DNA of 64,000 nt from a virus (taxonomy: Duplodnaviria; Caudoviricetes). Positions 1 through 9,539 of the stretch are shown piece after piece. Position 1 is the first letter of the stretch. The number at the start of each line of letters is the position of its first letter. Below the pieces are notes generated by a model. The model ran no database searches, was not told the DNA's origin, and saw only the letters and a list, made by a program, of their open reading frames with translations. The translations under genes and the position numbers were made by a program. The stretch is from IMG/VR virus record IMGVR_UViG_3300021256_001754, positions 128,001 to 192,000 of that record; one strand, written 5' to 3'.

Positions 1-940
1 AAAATCTTCTACTCAGTGTTTCATAAAGATGTTTACCGGTATATTAAACAATCTTCGTACTATCAATTTCGCTGAAAATAGACTGAAGATAAGTTATATA
101 TGTGCTGTATATTATCTATACTCAGTTATGGGTAAAGATATCAATTATGCACGTTCTGCAGCTGTTGGTGCTATGAAATTATCACCACGTGAATCTCAGG
201 CTTATGATATCTATTATGATGCAGATAAAGACTTTATAAATATCGATACATTTATAAAGTGTATTACCAATACATTCAATCTTAAAGATATGACTACAGA
301 TGTCTATATAAATAGATGGAGTTTTGTATATGGTAAAGGTACAATGTATGGAACAGAATATCTACCGGCATTCTTAGATATACTGGCATATGCTTTTGTA
401 GGAGCTTATCTAAACAATCAGAAATCTATAGAAACAATGTGTAGATCAGATATGGTTGAATGCGCTACAACTCTTCTTAAAGTAGGTTCAGATACTTTAA
501 ATAGTGGAGAGAAATTAACTCTTGAAACTGCTTTACAGAATAGAGTAACAGAGAAATCATATTTGAGTGAAGCTCAGATTGATATCATATTAGAAGGAGA
601 TTCTGTTGGTTTGAAACTTGCTAGAAATGCTGTTGTATTTGGTATGTCTAGACCAGCATCTGCATTGGCTACTGTAGCTGTAGTTAAAAAGGAAGTAAAA
701 CAGATACTGAATTCTACAGATACTGTAACTGAGAAGAGATCTAGATTGACAAAACTTAGAACGGGTTTAAGAAAAGGTGCTGCATATAGAATGAAGCATG
801 GTAATATTGTACCTGTAGTAGACAAAGCACTTAAGAAATCCTTATATGATAAAGTAGATAAGATATGTACAGATGCTATAGAGTCTTTAGTAGAATCTGT
901 AGATATACCACAACCTAAATTTGTTCAATCTTGGGATTAA
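1..940 (+). CDS. Hypothetical phage protein, 5' end probably outside the window
   Basis: ORF 29..940; the frame is open back to the window edge; a terminator hairpin follows at 948-971. Confidence 0.7.
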   Translation, partial: KSSTQCFIKMFTGILNNLRTINFAENRLKISYICAVYYLYSVMGKDINYARSAAVGAMKLSPRESQAYDIYYDADKDFINIDTFIKCITNTFNLKDMTTDVYINRWSFVYGKGTMYGTEYLPAFLDILAYAFVGAYLNNQKSIETMCRSDMVECATTLLKVGSDTLNSGEKLTLETALQNRVTEKSYLSEAQIDIILEGDSVGLKLARNAVVFGMSRPASALATVAVVKKEVKQILNSTDTVTEKRSRLTKLRTGLRKGAAYRMKHGNIVPVVDKALKKSLYDKVDKICTDAIESLVESVDIPQPKFVQSWD

Positions 941-947
941 AATAAAA

Positions 948-971
948 GCTGGGGATTGCAGAATCCCCAGC
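948..971. terminator. Intrinsic terminator hairpin
   Basis: GCTGGGGATT-gcag-AATCCCCAGC, with A-rich sequence upstream and T-rich sequence downstream. Confidence 0.75.
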
Positions 972-1002
972 ATATTTTATCAAACCATATTGCTAATACC
1001 AT

Positions 1003-1266
1003 TTTGATGAACTACATTACTCATCTGTCGCTAGAGCGTTAGGAAATTTTGGTGAAGCATCGTTAACTGACAACCAAGGAATAAATTTGCTGTATAGAGA
1101 CGTTATAGTACTAAATGTAAGTACAAATGATAGTCTAAACACGATATGCATACCTTATTACTATGGTAGTGGAAGTTGGGGAGTTCAAGTCAAGCAATTA
1201 GTAGGAGGAGATTATGCGACAGGTACAATTACTATAGATACATTATATACAAATAGAAAGTGGTAG
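1003..1266 (+). pseudogene. Start-less cassette 1: tail-fibre-tip-like C-terminal domain (87 codons)
   Basis: In-frame TAA at 994-996, then TAC CAT TTT GAT GAA CTA; reads FDELHYSSVARALGNFGEASL...CIPYYYGSGSWGVQVKQLVGGDYATGTITIDTLYTNRKW*; beta-rich; no ATG. An internal TTG at 1087 has a weak AAGGA upstream. Confidence 0.6.
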
Positions 1267-1280
1267 AACTAATAAAATTT

Positions 1281-1308
1281 TAGGACTAGGGAATTATCCC
1301 TAGTCCTA
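1281..1308. terminator. Bidirectional terminator hairpin
   Basis: TAGGACTAGGGA-atta-TCCCTAGTCCTA between convergent frames. Confidence 0.8.
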
Positions 1309-1311
1309 TTT

Positions 1312-1596
1312 TTATTCATTTGTAATTGGCTGATTCCAAATTTTTTCTAAATCTTTTATTCCAAACGGTATTTTGATAGAATTATTTTCTTTATAATCTG
1401 TCACATAAATATTGTCATCTTCAACTTTAAGTTTAGGTGGTTTATCGTCCAAACATAAAGATTTTAATTCCTCTACAGATATACCTGTATTTATGGAAAC
1501 GCAAGACTGATCTTTTGGAATAATATGAAGAGTTGGTAAACATGGATTCATAACAGATCTTATAGAGTCAGTCAAAATAATATCGCTTAATTTCAT
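1312..1596 (-). CDS. Hypothetical protein
   Basis: 94 aa ORF, translationally coupled to the upstream gene; AGGAGG RBS. Confidence 0.75.
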   Translation of the reverse strand: MKLSDIILTDSIRSVMNPCLPTLHIIPKDQSCVSINTGISVEELKSLCLDDKPPKLKVEDDNIYVTDYKENNSIKIPFGIKDLEKIWNQPITNE

Positions 1597-2054
1597 TATA
1601 TAATCCTCCTTATAGCTTTACTTTCTTTATTTAACAGTTGAAATCCTAAGATTTTTTCTATTTCAAAAATATTATGAGTATCTTTCAATTTACCTGCTAC
1701 AAATTTACCTGCTACAAATAAGCCAGCTCTGCAATTATCAAGTTCATTATTACCGAAATAACTATTATACATATTAGCTGTAATTTTAACGGTAACAAAT
1801 TCGGTGTTAAAAAATAATACTTCTCCTATTATATTCTCAATAGGAACCACACCGTAATCTGGTGAATCTACAAATAGAGGCATTCCTCCATTTTTAACAA
1901 CTTCTTTTGTATATTCAGATTTCATAGCTTTTATAAATGAATCTTTATCCATTATGATTCCATTTATATTTGGCTCACCAAGCTTTGTTATTAGTGGTAT
2001 TTTTATAATATTTTCTTCATCTTCTGTTTGCTTTACTTTTTCTTCATTGTCCAT
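1596..2054 (-). CDS. Prohead-protease-fold paralog 1 (catalytic motifs absent)
   Basis: EPNINGIIMDKDSF...MPLFVDSP aligns by eye to EKNRNGRIYPKSEL...RAELGHP of 35399..36217; tandem paralog. Confidence 0.6.
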   Translation of the reverse strand: MDNEEKVKQTEDEENIIKIPLITKLGEPNINGIIMDKDSFIKAMKSEYTKEVVKNGGMPLFVDSPDYGVVPIENIIGEVLFFNTEFVTVKITANMYNSYFGNNELDNCRAGLFVAGKFVAGKLKDTHNIFEIEKILGFQLLNKESKAIRRII

Positions 2055-2476
2055 TATATAATCCTCCTTATAGGTATACCATATTTTTTAATTGTCAACT
2101 GAAACCCTAAGATTTTTTCTATTTCAAAAATATTAGGAACATCTCTCATTTTACCTTCTACAAGCAAACCAGCTCCATAATAATCACGTTTAGGATTGTC
2201 ATGATATGTATTATATGTATCAGCTGACATTTTAACAGTAACAGATTCAGTGTCAAAAAACAATACTTCTCCTATTGTATTCTCAATAACCGCAGTATAG
2301 TCATTTATAGGAAAATCTACAAATAGAGGCATTGTTCCATTTTTAATAGCTTCTTTTGTAAATTCGGAGTCCATAGCTTTTATAAATGAATCTCTGTCGA
2401 ATATAACTCCATTTATATTTGGTTCACCCGGTTTTGATATTAGTGGTATTTTTACAATCTTTTCTTCATTGTCCAT
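2054..2476 (-). CDS. Prohead-protease-fold paralog 2
   Basis: Close paralog of 1596..2054 (GEPNING, MPLFVD, NIFEIEKILGFQL). Confidence 0.6.
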   Translation of the reverse strand: MDNEEKIVKIPLISKPGEPNINGVIFDRDSFIKAMDSEFTKEAIKNGTMPLFVDFPINDYTAVIENTIGEVLFFDTESVTVKMSADTYNTYHDNPKRDYYGAGLLVEGKMRDVPNIFEIEKILGFQLTIKKYGIPIRRII

Positions 2477-2913
2477 TATATAATCTTCCTTACAATAGAT
2501 TTACCTTCTTTTATAATTATCAACTGAAATCCTAAGATCTTTTCTATTTCAAAAATATTATGAGCATCTTTCATTTTATGTGCTTTTGTAAATAAATCAG
2601 CTCTGTAATAATTAAGCTCATGATCGCATAAATAAGTATTATACATATCAGTTGTCATTTTAACAGTAATAGATTCAGTATCAAAAGATATCACTTTTCC
2701 TATTGTATTTTCAACAGGAATAGTATTATTTATAGGAGAATCTACAAATAGAGGTATTCCTCCATTTTTATCAGCTACTTGTCTATCCATAGCTTTTATA
2801 AATGAATCTTTATCGATTATATATCCATTTATATTTGGCTCGCCAATTAACGGTATTGGTAATTTTACAATAGTATCATTACCAATTTGTTTTACTTTTT
2901 CTTCATTGTTCAT
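2476..2913 (-). CDS. Prohead-protease-fold paralog 3
   Basis: Same conserved blocks as paralogs 1 and 2. Confidence 0.6.
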   Translation of the reverse strand: MNNEEKVKQIGNDTIVKLPIPLIGEPNINGYIIDKDSFIKAMDRQVADKNGGIPLFVDSPINNTIPVENTIGKVISFDTESITVKMTTDMYNTYLCDHELNYYRADLFTKAHKMKDAHNIFEIEKILGFQLIIIKEGKSIVRKII

Positions 2914-2981
2914 ATTTACCTCATTAAAGATTTAGCTAGAAATTCAACATATTCTTCTTCTCGTGAAGTGACAGCAGAATA

Positions 2982-3416
2982 TTATACAGTTTTACGATTT
3001 TTAGCAGCTATACCAGTTAATAGCTGAAATTCGATAATATTTTTAATAGCAAAGGTATTTACATTTTTATCCTGAGATCCAACAAATTCACCAAAGCCTA
3101 AAATGCCAGCTTTTATTTTAGAAGTATTTTCAAAAGGTTTTATATATAGATTATATTTATCTTCTGTCGTCTCTACTTTAATATGATCTTCTGTCCACCC
3201 TACAACTTTTCCTATCCAATCTTCTATAGGAACATATTTCTGTTTAAAATAATTACTATTAAGAGTTAGAGGAAGACCGATATTAGTTTTAAATACTTCT
3301 TTTATACGTTCAGATTCCATAACCTTTTTATATGATTCCGGTTCGAAGAATATACCATTCACATTGACATCTTTACCAGGTCTAGTAATAGGTATATACG
3401 TAATCTTCTTATCCAT
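2982..3416 (-). CDS. Prohead-protease-fold paralog 4 (more divergent)
   Basis: NVNGIFF, LPL, IGKV, AGILGFG and IIEFQLL blocks. Confidence 0.55.
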   Translation of the reverse strand: MDKKITYIPITRPGKDVNVNGIFFEPESYKKVMESERIKEVFKTNIGLPLTLNSNYFKQKYVPIEDWIGKVVGWTEDHIKVETTEDKYNLYIKPFENTSKIKAGILGFGEFVGSQDKNVNTFAIKNIIEFQLLTGIAAKNRKTV

Positions 3417-3426
3417 AAACTACCTC

Positions 3427-3774
3427 TCATTCTTTATTCTCGTCACGCATAAACTTACCATTATTACATTCTTTAAAATAATCTACACAATTTTCGTATC
3501 CATAGTTCTTAGGATCTATCTCTTTATCAGCTACACAAGATCCACCATAATGAATAGCTCCAGAACTAGAAGCTCTAAAGTTAGAACACTTTCCACAATA
3601 GTGTTTTTGGTCGTATTCTTTTATATCACGTTTTAAACTTGTTAAACATTCTCTACAAAGAGGTATAGTTATACTGTCTATTTCTAAAACAGCTATAGTA
3701 GTATTACCACAGCTATCATAATCTTTATCATCGTAATCCGGTCCTCTAAAACGTAGCATATAAACCTCCTCCAA
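3427..3774 (-). CDS. Cys-rich hypothetical protein (possible Zn-binding)
   Basis: CRECL and CGKC motifs plus further Cys residues. Confidence 0.65.
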   Translation of the reverse strand: MEEVYMLRFRGPDYDDKDYDSCGNTTIAVLEIDSITIPLCRECLTSLKRDIKEYDQKHYCGKCSNFRASSSGAIHYGGSCVADKEIDPKNYGYENCVDYFKECNNGKFMRDENKE

Positions 3775-3786
3775 TTTAATTTATAT

Positions 3787-4113
3787 TTACTCCTTAGATC
3801 TCTTTTCTATAACATAGGATTCTATTTTATCGTCATATTTTATATGAAGAAAATCCATCAGTTTTGCCATACATTCTTCACATAATTCAAAATACGGCTC
3901 AACTATTGGAATCTCCTCATCCAAAGCATGATTATAAGGACCATTTAAGCTGCGTATCTTGACAGCAGATATATAATTAGATTCTATAGGAGTACCAGAT
4001 TCAGTATCCCAAATATAAATACCTTCATCTGTTCTAGTTGCTTTGCTTCCACAATGTCTACAAATTAATCTTGCCATATAATTCACCTCATTCTTCTTTC
4101 TATCTTTCTTCAT
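3787..4113 (-). CDS. Hypothetical Zn-ribbon protein
   Basis: CRHC ... CEEC; the true start is probably the internal MARLIC with a GAGGTG RBS. Confidence 0.65.
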   Translation of the reverse strand: MKKDRKKNEVNYMARLICRHCGSKATRTDEGIYIWDTESGTPIESNYISAVKIRSLNGPYNHALDEEIPIVEPYFELCEECMAKLMDFLHIKYDDKIESYVIEKRSKE

Positions 4114-4579
4114 AAGTTTGACCTAATTTAAAGATAATATCAACTAGAGGTCTATGCTGAGCATCATATAACTGATATCCGGATATACTATAGACATCTG
4201 ATACGCAATCTAAACCTTCCATATGTTCAATATATGCTCCAAATACTCCAGCAGAACATTTGTCCTCATTAGTTTCAATATATTCAAGTATCTCTTTATC
4301 TAATCTAGGATCAAGACGTACTTTGATATATTCTTTATCTACACAATATACAACTCCTAATTTATATTTCCTTATAAATTCTGCATCCAAAGAATCGCAA
4401 TTATTAGCATATAAATATACAAATCCTCTATTTACAATTTCTATAAACTTATTATCAGATATAAGTTTTTCATAACTAGATCTAGAAATAATTCTACCAG
4501 TAAAAGGATTCATAGTATCTAAAAATTTTGAAGTAGGAATTGTTACCAAATGATATTCCTTCTTGTCATCTTCATTCAT
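4100..4579 (-). CDS. Prohead-protease-fold paralog 5 (second subfamily)
   Basis: MNPFTGRIIS, LGVV, AGVFG and GYQL blocks; paralog of 5889..6440. Confidence 0.5.
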   Translation of the reverse strand: MNEDDKKEYHLVTIPTSKFLDTMNPFTGRIISRSSYEKLISDNKFIEIVNRGFVYLYANNCDSLDAEFIRKYKLGVVYCVDKEYIKVRLDPRLDKEILEYIETNEDKCSAGVFGAYIEHMEGLDCVSDVYSISGYQLYDAQHRPLVDIIFKLGQTYEER

Positions 4580-4601
4580 AATATTTTACTCCAATAATCT
4601 T

Positions 4602-4925
4602 TTATAATTCAACTCTAAGATTAACTATAGCTTTAGATAAATATTCTTTATATTCGTCTTCTGAAATTTCTTCGATATATCCGTTATAACAAACAGAATT
4701 GACTATATCTATAGATGTATCTTTTCCCATCTTACATCTAAATTTAAGTTCTTTGCCACATCTAGGGCATTTTATTATAGCATCAGATGGAGTATATGGG
4801 GTTCTATAATTAATAATATCGAAATCGTCTTTAAATATAGAAACAAACGAACAGCAATCTGTATGCTTTATTTTATAAAATTTATAAGTTTCTTTTTTGT
4901 CATACAATTCTACGATAGCCCGCAT
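4602..4925 (-). CDS. Hypothetical Zn-ribbon protein
   Basis: Start MRAIVEL at 4925 with AGGAGGTG RBS; CC...CPRCG motif. Confidence 0.7.
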   Translation of the reverse strand: MRAIVELYDKKETYKFYKIKHTDCCSFVSIFKDDFDIINYRTPYTPSDAIIKCPRCGKELKFRCKMGKDTSIDIVNSVCYNGYIEEISEDEYKEYLSKAIVNLRVEL

Positions 4926-5121
4926 AATAATCACCTCCTGTATAAATAATTTTAACTGAAAGTTGTATAGATAATAAAAATTCATTATCGTAAAAATAAG
5001 AATAAATGGAATAGCTTTATGCTACTCCTTTTTATTTTTGTAAATTAAATAAATAATAGAGGTGGAAGAAATTCCACCTCTTTATTTTATAGAAGATCCA
5101 TTGATATAGATTTGAGTGTCT

Positions 5122-5457
5122 ACTGATGACATACAATATTATAGTGTTCATACATATAACAGCGAATACGGTGGAAGCATTCATGCTTTTAGAACAATGA
5201 AAATGGTGACATTATATGGTGTAGATTTGGGAAGCACATCAGCTCCACCCGAAAACACAGATTGGCTTATTCAAACATTAGATGAAATATATCGTCCTAT
5301 ATTTTCTGTACATTGTTTAGGTTTAACTTCAGAAATAATTTCATATGATCATTTGATAACTGTAACCATAAACACAGATGGTGTTATTTCGACATATACA
5401 TATGATATATATTCTAGAATTGTTTTGAGTTTCTGTGCATCATATATCGTAAATTAA
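5122..5457 (+). pseudogene. Start-less cassette 2: tail-fibre/RBP C-terminal domain
   Basis: In-frame TGA at 5113, then GTG TCT ACT GAT GAC ATA; the GTG has no RBS; contains LIQTLDEIYRP...INTDGVI...FCASYIVN*, a pattern typical of fibre tips; an A15 run follows. Confidence 0.65.
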
Positions 5458-5507
5458 AAAAAAAAAAAAAGAAGAACAAAAATAAAATACAACAGTTCTT
5501 AAATATA

Positions 5508-5547
5508 AAAATATTCCCAGTAGGTGTTATCCTACTGGGAATATTTT
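5508..5547. terminator. Bidirectional terminator of the repeated CCCAGTAGG/CCTACTGGG family
   Basis: 17-bp stem; the same core recurs at 16901, 32019, 44915 and 57806. Confidence 0.85.
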
Positions 5548-5872
5548 AATGTAATTTGACAAGTGTACCTGCTCTATAACCACTGTCTGTAATTTCTATA
5601 CCTTCAGAATTATCATCTTTATCAAATTCCCAAAATACCATTTTATATTCGAGATTTTTATAAAAACCTAACTGTTCCGGAATTTTATCCACTATGGTAT
5701 TAATTACAGACTTTTCTCCAGCATAATCTAAGTACTTTTTATCACCTTTTATAATTGGATCTGTGTTATAAATACTCTCATAGAAATCTTTCTTCTCAGA
5801 TTCAGGTAATTTAGTTGCGTCAAGAAATAATCTATGATCTTCACACAGCCATAGATAACTATCACTTTCCAT
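5546..5872 (-). CDS. Hypothetical protein
   Basis: 108 aa ORF with GGAG RBS. Confidence 0.7.
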   Translation of the reverse strand: MESDSYLWLCEDHRLFLDATKLPESEKKDFYESIYNTDPIIKGDKKYLDYAGEKSVINTIVDKIPEQLGFYKNLEYKMVFWEFDKDDNSEGIEITDSGYRAGTLVKLH

Positions 5873-5888
5873 GTTTCTCCATTATTTA

Positions 5889-6440
5889 TCAATTATCGTT
5901 CTTATCATTTGATTCGTATTCTTTATATCTCTTGCATCTTTCTTCAAAAGTTTCACCTAATTTGAATATCAGATCTATAGGAGGTCTATACTGTTCATCG
6001 TATAACTGATATCCAAGTATAAAAGTAACGTCTACTTTCGGATCTTCTCCCATAGGATTCGTAGAAGCACCAAATATACCAGCATAAGAATTAGCAGCAT
6101 TCTTCTTGATATATTCAATAATCTCTTTATCTAAATGCTGGCATAAACAAACAGAAATCTCTGATTCATTAGCCTCATATACTATTCCTAATCTATACTT
6201 AGCTATAAAATCAGAACTGATAAAACAATCCTTAACAGTACCATCCTCATTATAAGGAGAGCACTTATTTATATACAGTCCAATATTTCCAGCATTCATA
6301 TTGCTAATAAATTCATCTGACTTAATATACTCCAGATAACTATGCTTGGAAACAATGCATCCGGTATAAGGATTCATTTTGTCAAATAATTTTGATGTAG
6401 GTATTTTTACAATAAAGTCTTCAATTGGTTTTTCGTTCAT
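5889..6440 (-). CDS. Prohead-protease-fold paralog 6 (second subfamily)
   Basis: Paralog of 4100..4579 (IPTSK, MNPYTG, AGIFGA, GYQLYD); AAGGAG RBS. Confidence 0.5.
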   Translation of the reverse strand: MNEKPIEDFIVKIPTSKLFDKMNPYTGCIVSKHSYLEYIKSDEFISNMNAGNIGLYINKCSPYNEDGTVKDCFISSDFIAKYRLGIVYEANESEISVCLCQHLDKEIIEYIKKNAANSYAGIFGASTNPMGEDPKVDVTFILGYQLYDEQYRPPIDLIFKLGETFEERCKRYKEYESNDKNDN

Positions 6441-6511
6441 AATTTTATTTCTCCTTAATTGTTAATTATTATAGAATTGTGAAAATGATACTATACTTTT
6501 ACAAATAAGTT

Positions 6512-6664
6512 TTTGATGAAATTTTCAATTTTAAATATGAAAAAATTGCTCCTAATGTGTGGGGATATTATGTCGAGTTTCCCAATGGTTCTGGATTGGC
6601 TATATCAGATTATGGTAAGGTAATGTATAAAAATTTGGTACATAGCGAATGGATAGATGTTTGA
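6512..6664 (+). pseudogene. Start-less cassette 3: short fibre-tip/knob-like C-terminal domain (50 codons)
   Basis: TAA GTT TTT GAT GAA ATT; reads FDEIFNFKYEKIAPNVWGYYVEFPNGSGLAISDYGKVMYKNLVHSEWIDV*. Confidence 0.5.
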
Positions 6665-6790
6665 TTGATAAATTTGTTTAGTTTTATAATATATTCTTCT
6701 ACATTTTTATAGATATAACATTATGGTAATATACACATATAGAGATAAAAATATCTTTATAAAATCTAAATTACCGAAAGGAGATTTATT

Positions 6791-7003
6791 ATGCCAAACC
6801 CAAACATCAAAGTAAATCCTGAAGACATTGTTACAGGTAAGATCAAAACAAATGCAGAGCCGCCTAAGGTTGATATGCCGGGTTCAGAAAATCCTGATAT
6901 CGTTACAAATAAGGTGAAGGTTAAGGCTACAAACGAGCCGGATATGAGCGCTACCGATACAACAGTTGATCCTAACGCTCCTGGATACGCTCCAAAGCAG
7001 TAA
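6791..7003 (+). CDS. Small Pro-rich protein with an internal repeat
   Basis: AAAGGAG RBS; codon usage like the highly expressed genes; DIVTxKxK occurs twice; AACA-N6-TA at 6717. Confidence 0.8.
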   Translation: MPNPNIKVNPEDIVTGKIKTNAEPPKVDMPGSENPDIVTNKVKVKATNEPDMSATDTTVDPNAPGYAPKQ

Positions 7004-7085
7004 AACATAAGCAGCGCATTTCTATACACATTATTGATCCAAAAAAAAAATAGACTCTTAGGCTAAAATGCCTAAGAGCTTATTT

Positions 7086-7442
7086 TTATTTGTTATTAAT
7101 TTTATTAACAAAATTTCCTAATAAAGAGCAGCGTGTTCTACCTATATACTTAAGCATTTCAATTTTATCTATACAATATCTACCAAGTCTAATTGATATA
7201 ATTAATACTATATAAGCAAATACATGTGGCACTATAAATGATTCTATAGATAAAATGATATCGCTAGTAATCACATATTTAATTAATATAGATACTATAC
7301 TTATAACATACCCTACAGTTGCTAACGGCATCAAATCGATTGATAATTTAAGCATCCATATATAACGTTTTAATTGTTTTAACTCCTTTAAAGACAAATA
7401 GTGCATATATTTAGTATCATAGTTTTTATTATTCGTATTCAT
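7086..7442 (-). CDS. Two-TM membrane protein (paralog A)
   Basis: Two hydrophobic segments; paralog of 7469..7849. Confidence 0.75.
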   Translation of the reverse strand: MNTNNKNYDTKYMHYLSLKELKQLKRYIWMLKLSIDLMPLATVGYVISIVSILIKYVITSDIILSIESFIVPHVFAYIVLIISIRLGRYCIDKIEMLKYIGRTRCSLLGNFVNKINNK

Positions 7443-7468
7443 ATTTCTCCTTTATATAAATTATTTTT

Positions 7469-7849
7469 TTATTTACTATTATTTTCTCTCAAATATCTTG
7501 TTTTAGCTATATCTTCAATTGCCTTAATTTTATCCATACTATATCTATCAACTTTAAATGATATAAGTAATACTATAAGAGCAAATGATTGTGGTACTAT
7601 AAATGATTGTATAGATAAAGTGATATCATTAGTAATTATATATTTAATTACTATAAACGCTGTAGCTAAAATATATCCTATAATTGATATCAATGATAAT
7701 CTGTTTGATAATTCAAGTATACGCAAATAATGTATTAAACGTTCTATCTCCTCTAAAGATAATTGGTCCAAAAGTTGGTCTAGATCCTTTGTTAAAGATG
7801 GTTCCGTAAATTTAGTATCATGATTTTTGTAGTTCATATTCATATTCAT
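7469..7849 (-). CDS. Two-TM membrane protein (paralog B)
   Basis: Shares IKYxITxDIxLSIxSFIVP with paralog A; GGAGGAG RBS. Confidence 0.75.
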   Translation of the reverse strand: MNMNMNYKNHDTKFTEPSLTKDLDQLLDQLSLEEIERLIHYLRILELSNRLSLISIIGYILATAFIVIKYIITNDITLSIQSFIVPQSFALIVLLISFKVDRYSMDKIKAIEDIAKTRYLRENNSK

Positions 7850-7934
7850 ATTTCTCCTCCAGATAAAATTATTTTATTGTTTTCGTATACATTTTTATAG
7901 TATATATTTATAAATAATAATTCTCTTTTAAACT

Positions 7935-8266
7935 ACTGATGATTTAAAAGTTCAAGAATTATCAGTTTCTCTGAATCCCATAAATTCACGTGTAACTATA
8001 AACGAGAGTATTTTTATAAAATTAGCAAGTTATGCATTGCTGAAATAATATTTACAACAAATCAAGCAATATCAGGAATTGTAGTTAATCCTATTTCATT
8101 ATTTGATAGATCTCCTACACCAATTTCGAATACTCATATTACCGCAACTTTTCGTAATGGTGAAAGTGCTCAATGTGTTCTTCTTACGAATGGTAACTTT
8201 ATTTCGCAAAGTACTATATCTAGTGGTACAACATCTTATGTACATTATGTATACATATTGTCGTAA
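7935..8266 (+). pseudogene. Start-less cassette 4: fibre-tip-like domain with a frameshift near 8010
   Basis: TAA ACT ACT GAT GAT TTA; reads TDDLKVQELSVSLNPINSRVTINES, then in a shifted frame FYKISKLCIAEIIFTTNQAISG...GTTSYVHYVYILS*; A10-GAAG follows. Confidence 0.6.
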
Positions 8267-8319
8267 AAAAAAAAGAAGTTTCTAATTAACTGATTAACTC
8301 CTAGGGATAAAACTCCCTA

Positions 8320-8356
8320 GGAGTATTATTTAACATGTATCAAAACTAAAAAATAA
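8320..8356 (+). repeat. 37-bp direct repeat, copy 1 (copy 2 at 10720..10756)
   Basis: GGAGTATTATTTAACA(TG/CA)TATCAAAACTAAAAAATAA, 2 mismatches. Confidence 0.85.
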
Positions 8357-8424
8357 AAATATCTTTAAAATATATACTATATTCTTGAAGTATTAAATCT
8401 ATATCAGTAAAAGGAGTAATAAAA

Positions 8425-9006
8425 ATGGGAAATGATACTTTAAACATCCTGATTGTTGTTGATATGCAGAACGATTTTACTTATGGTTCTTTAGCAAATC
8501 AATCAACAGTTGATACTATTCCTGCAATCGTAGAAAAGGTAGAGAAATATCTGAAAGATGATAATGGTAAAATCATATTTACAAAAGATATGCATTTTGA
8601 CTACTATCTCGAATCAGAAGAAGGAAAACATCTTCCTATAAAACATTGTATATTTGGAACAGAAGGTTGGGATCTTGTAGATCCTTTAAAACGTATAGTG
8701 GATAATAATACTATAAAAGATAAGATTATTCAAGTTCCTAAATCTTCATTTGGTGCAATGAAGCTTAAAGATGCTATATATCGTCCTGGTACACATTTTA
8801 TTTATAGCAAAACAAATATAGAGATAGTTGGTACTTGTACTAGCTTATGTGTTATAGCAAATGCATTTATGGCTAAAGCTGCAGCACCTGATGCACATAT
8901 AATTATCGATGCAAAGTGTTGTTCAGATGTAAACGAAGAGAATCATAATAATGCTTTGAAAGTTATGAAGAATGCTCATATGGAAATTATTAATTGGGAG
9001 AAATGA
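8425..9006 (+). CDS. pncA: Nicotinamidase/isochorismatase-family cysteine hydrolase
   Basis: VVDMQNDF, the DMH and HC metal-binding motifs, K-SSF and GTCTSLCV catalytic Cys motif. Confidence 0.8.
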   Translation: MGNDTLNILIVVDMQNDFTYGSLANQSTVDTIPAIVEKVEKYLKDDNGKIIFTKDMHFDYYLESEEGKHLPIKHCIFGTEGWDLVDPLKRIVDNNTIKDKIIQVPKSSFGAMKLKDAIYRPGTHFIYSKTNIEIVGTCTSLCVIANAFMAKAAAPDAHIIIDAKCCSDVNEENHNNALKVMKNAHMEIINWEK

Positions 9007-9008
9007 TT

Positions 9009-9518
9009 ATGGCACGATTGAAAGATAAAATAAATAATTTATACAACGAGGTTAAAGATAATATAACCACAGAGGATGAAATGATAACCTTTATCAATGA
9101 CTTTACTGATAACTTATCTAAATTGTTCTATATTATAGACAATACTCTTGCTGAAAGTAGTATAGTTAATCCTTTTTATTATCCAGATCCGGCAATAAAT
9201 AACGAAAATAAAGGATTTAGGATGTATTATTACAACAAGTGTATTACTGAAATTCTTTTTGGTAAACTCAATTTCACTAAATTACATATCTTCTCTGTAG
9301 CAATATACAGAAATGCTGATAAGTATTTTCTTGAGATTCGTCAAGATAAACGTCCTGGACATAAAGAAGATGATAAACGCTTTTTTATAGTTGAAGGTGA
9401 AAAATATGAAAAGGCTGATAGTAATATAGATCTACATACAGTATATAATATTCTAAATACAACTTATATGAAATTAAGTATAGAAGCAGATATTAAAATA
9501 ATCGAATTAAAAAAATAA
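9009..9518 (+). CDS. Hypothetical protein
   Basis: ORF 8994..9518; probable start at MARLK. Confidence 0.7.
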   Translation: MARLKDKINNLYNEVKDNITTEDEMITFINDFTDNLSKLFYIIDNTLAESSIVNPFYYPDPAINNENKGFRMYYYNKCITEILFGKLNFTKLHIFSVAIYRNADKYFLEIRQDKRPGHKEDDKRFFIVEGEKYEKADSNIDLHTVYNILNTTYMKLSIEADIKIIELKK

Positions 9519-9539
9519 TAAACAGAAAGGTGAATCACA

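Noticed and set aside
1688-1719. 15-bp tandem duplication (FVAGKFVAGK) in paralog 1
   Set aside because: Simple in-frame slippage duplication with no wider pattern.
8103-8285. 60-aa ORF in the track
   Set aside because: Alternative frame over cassette 4; TTG start without RBS; runs through the A-tract.
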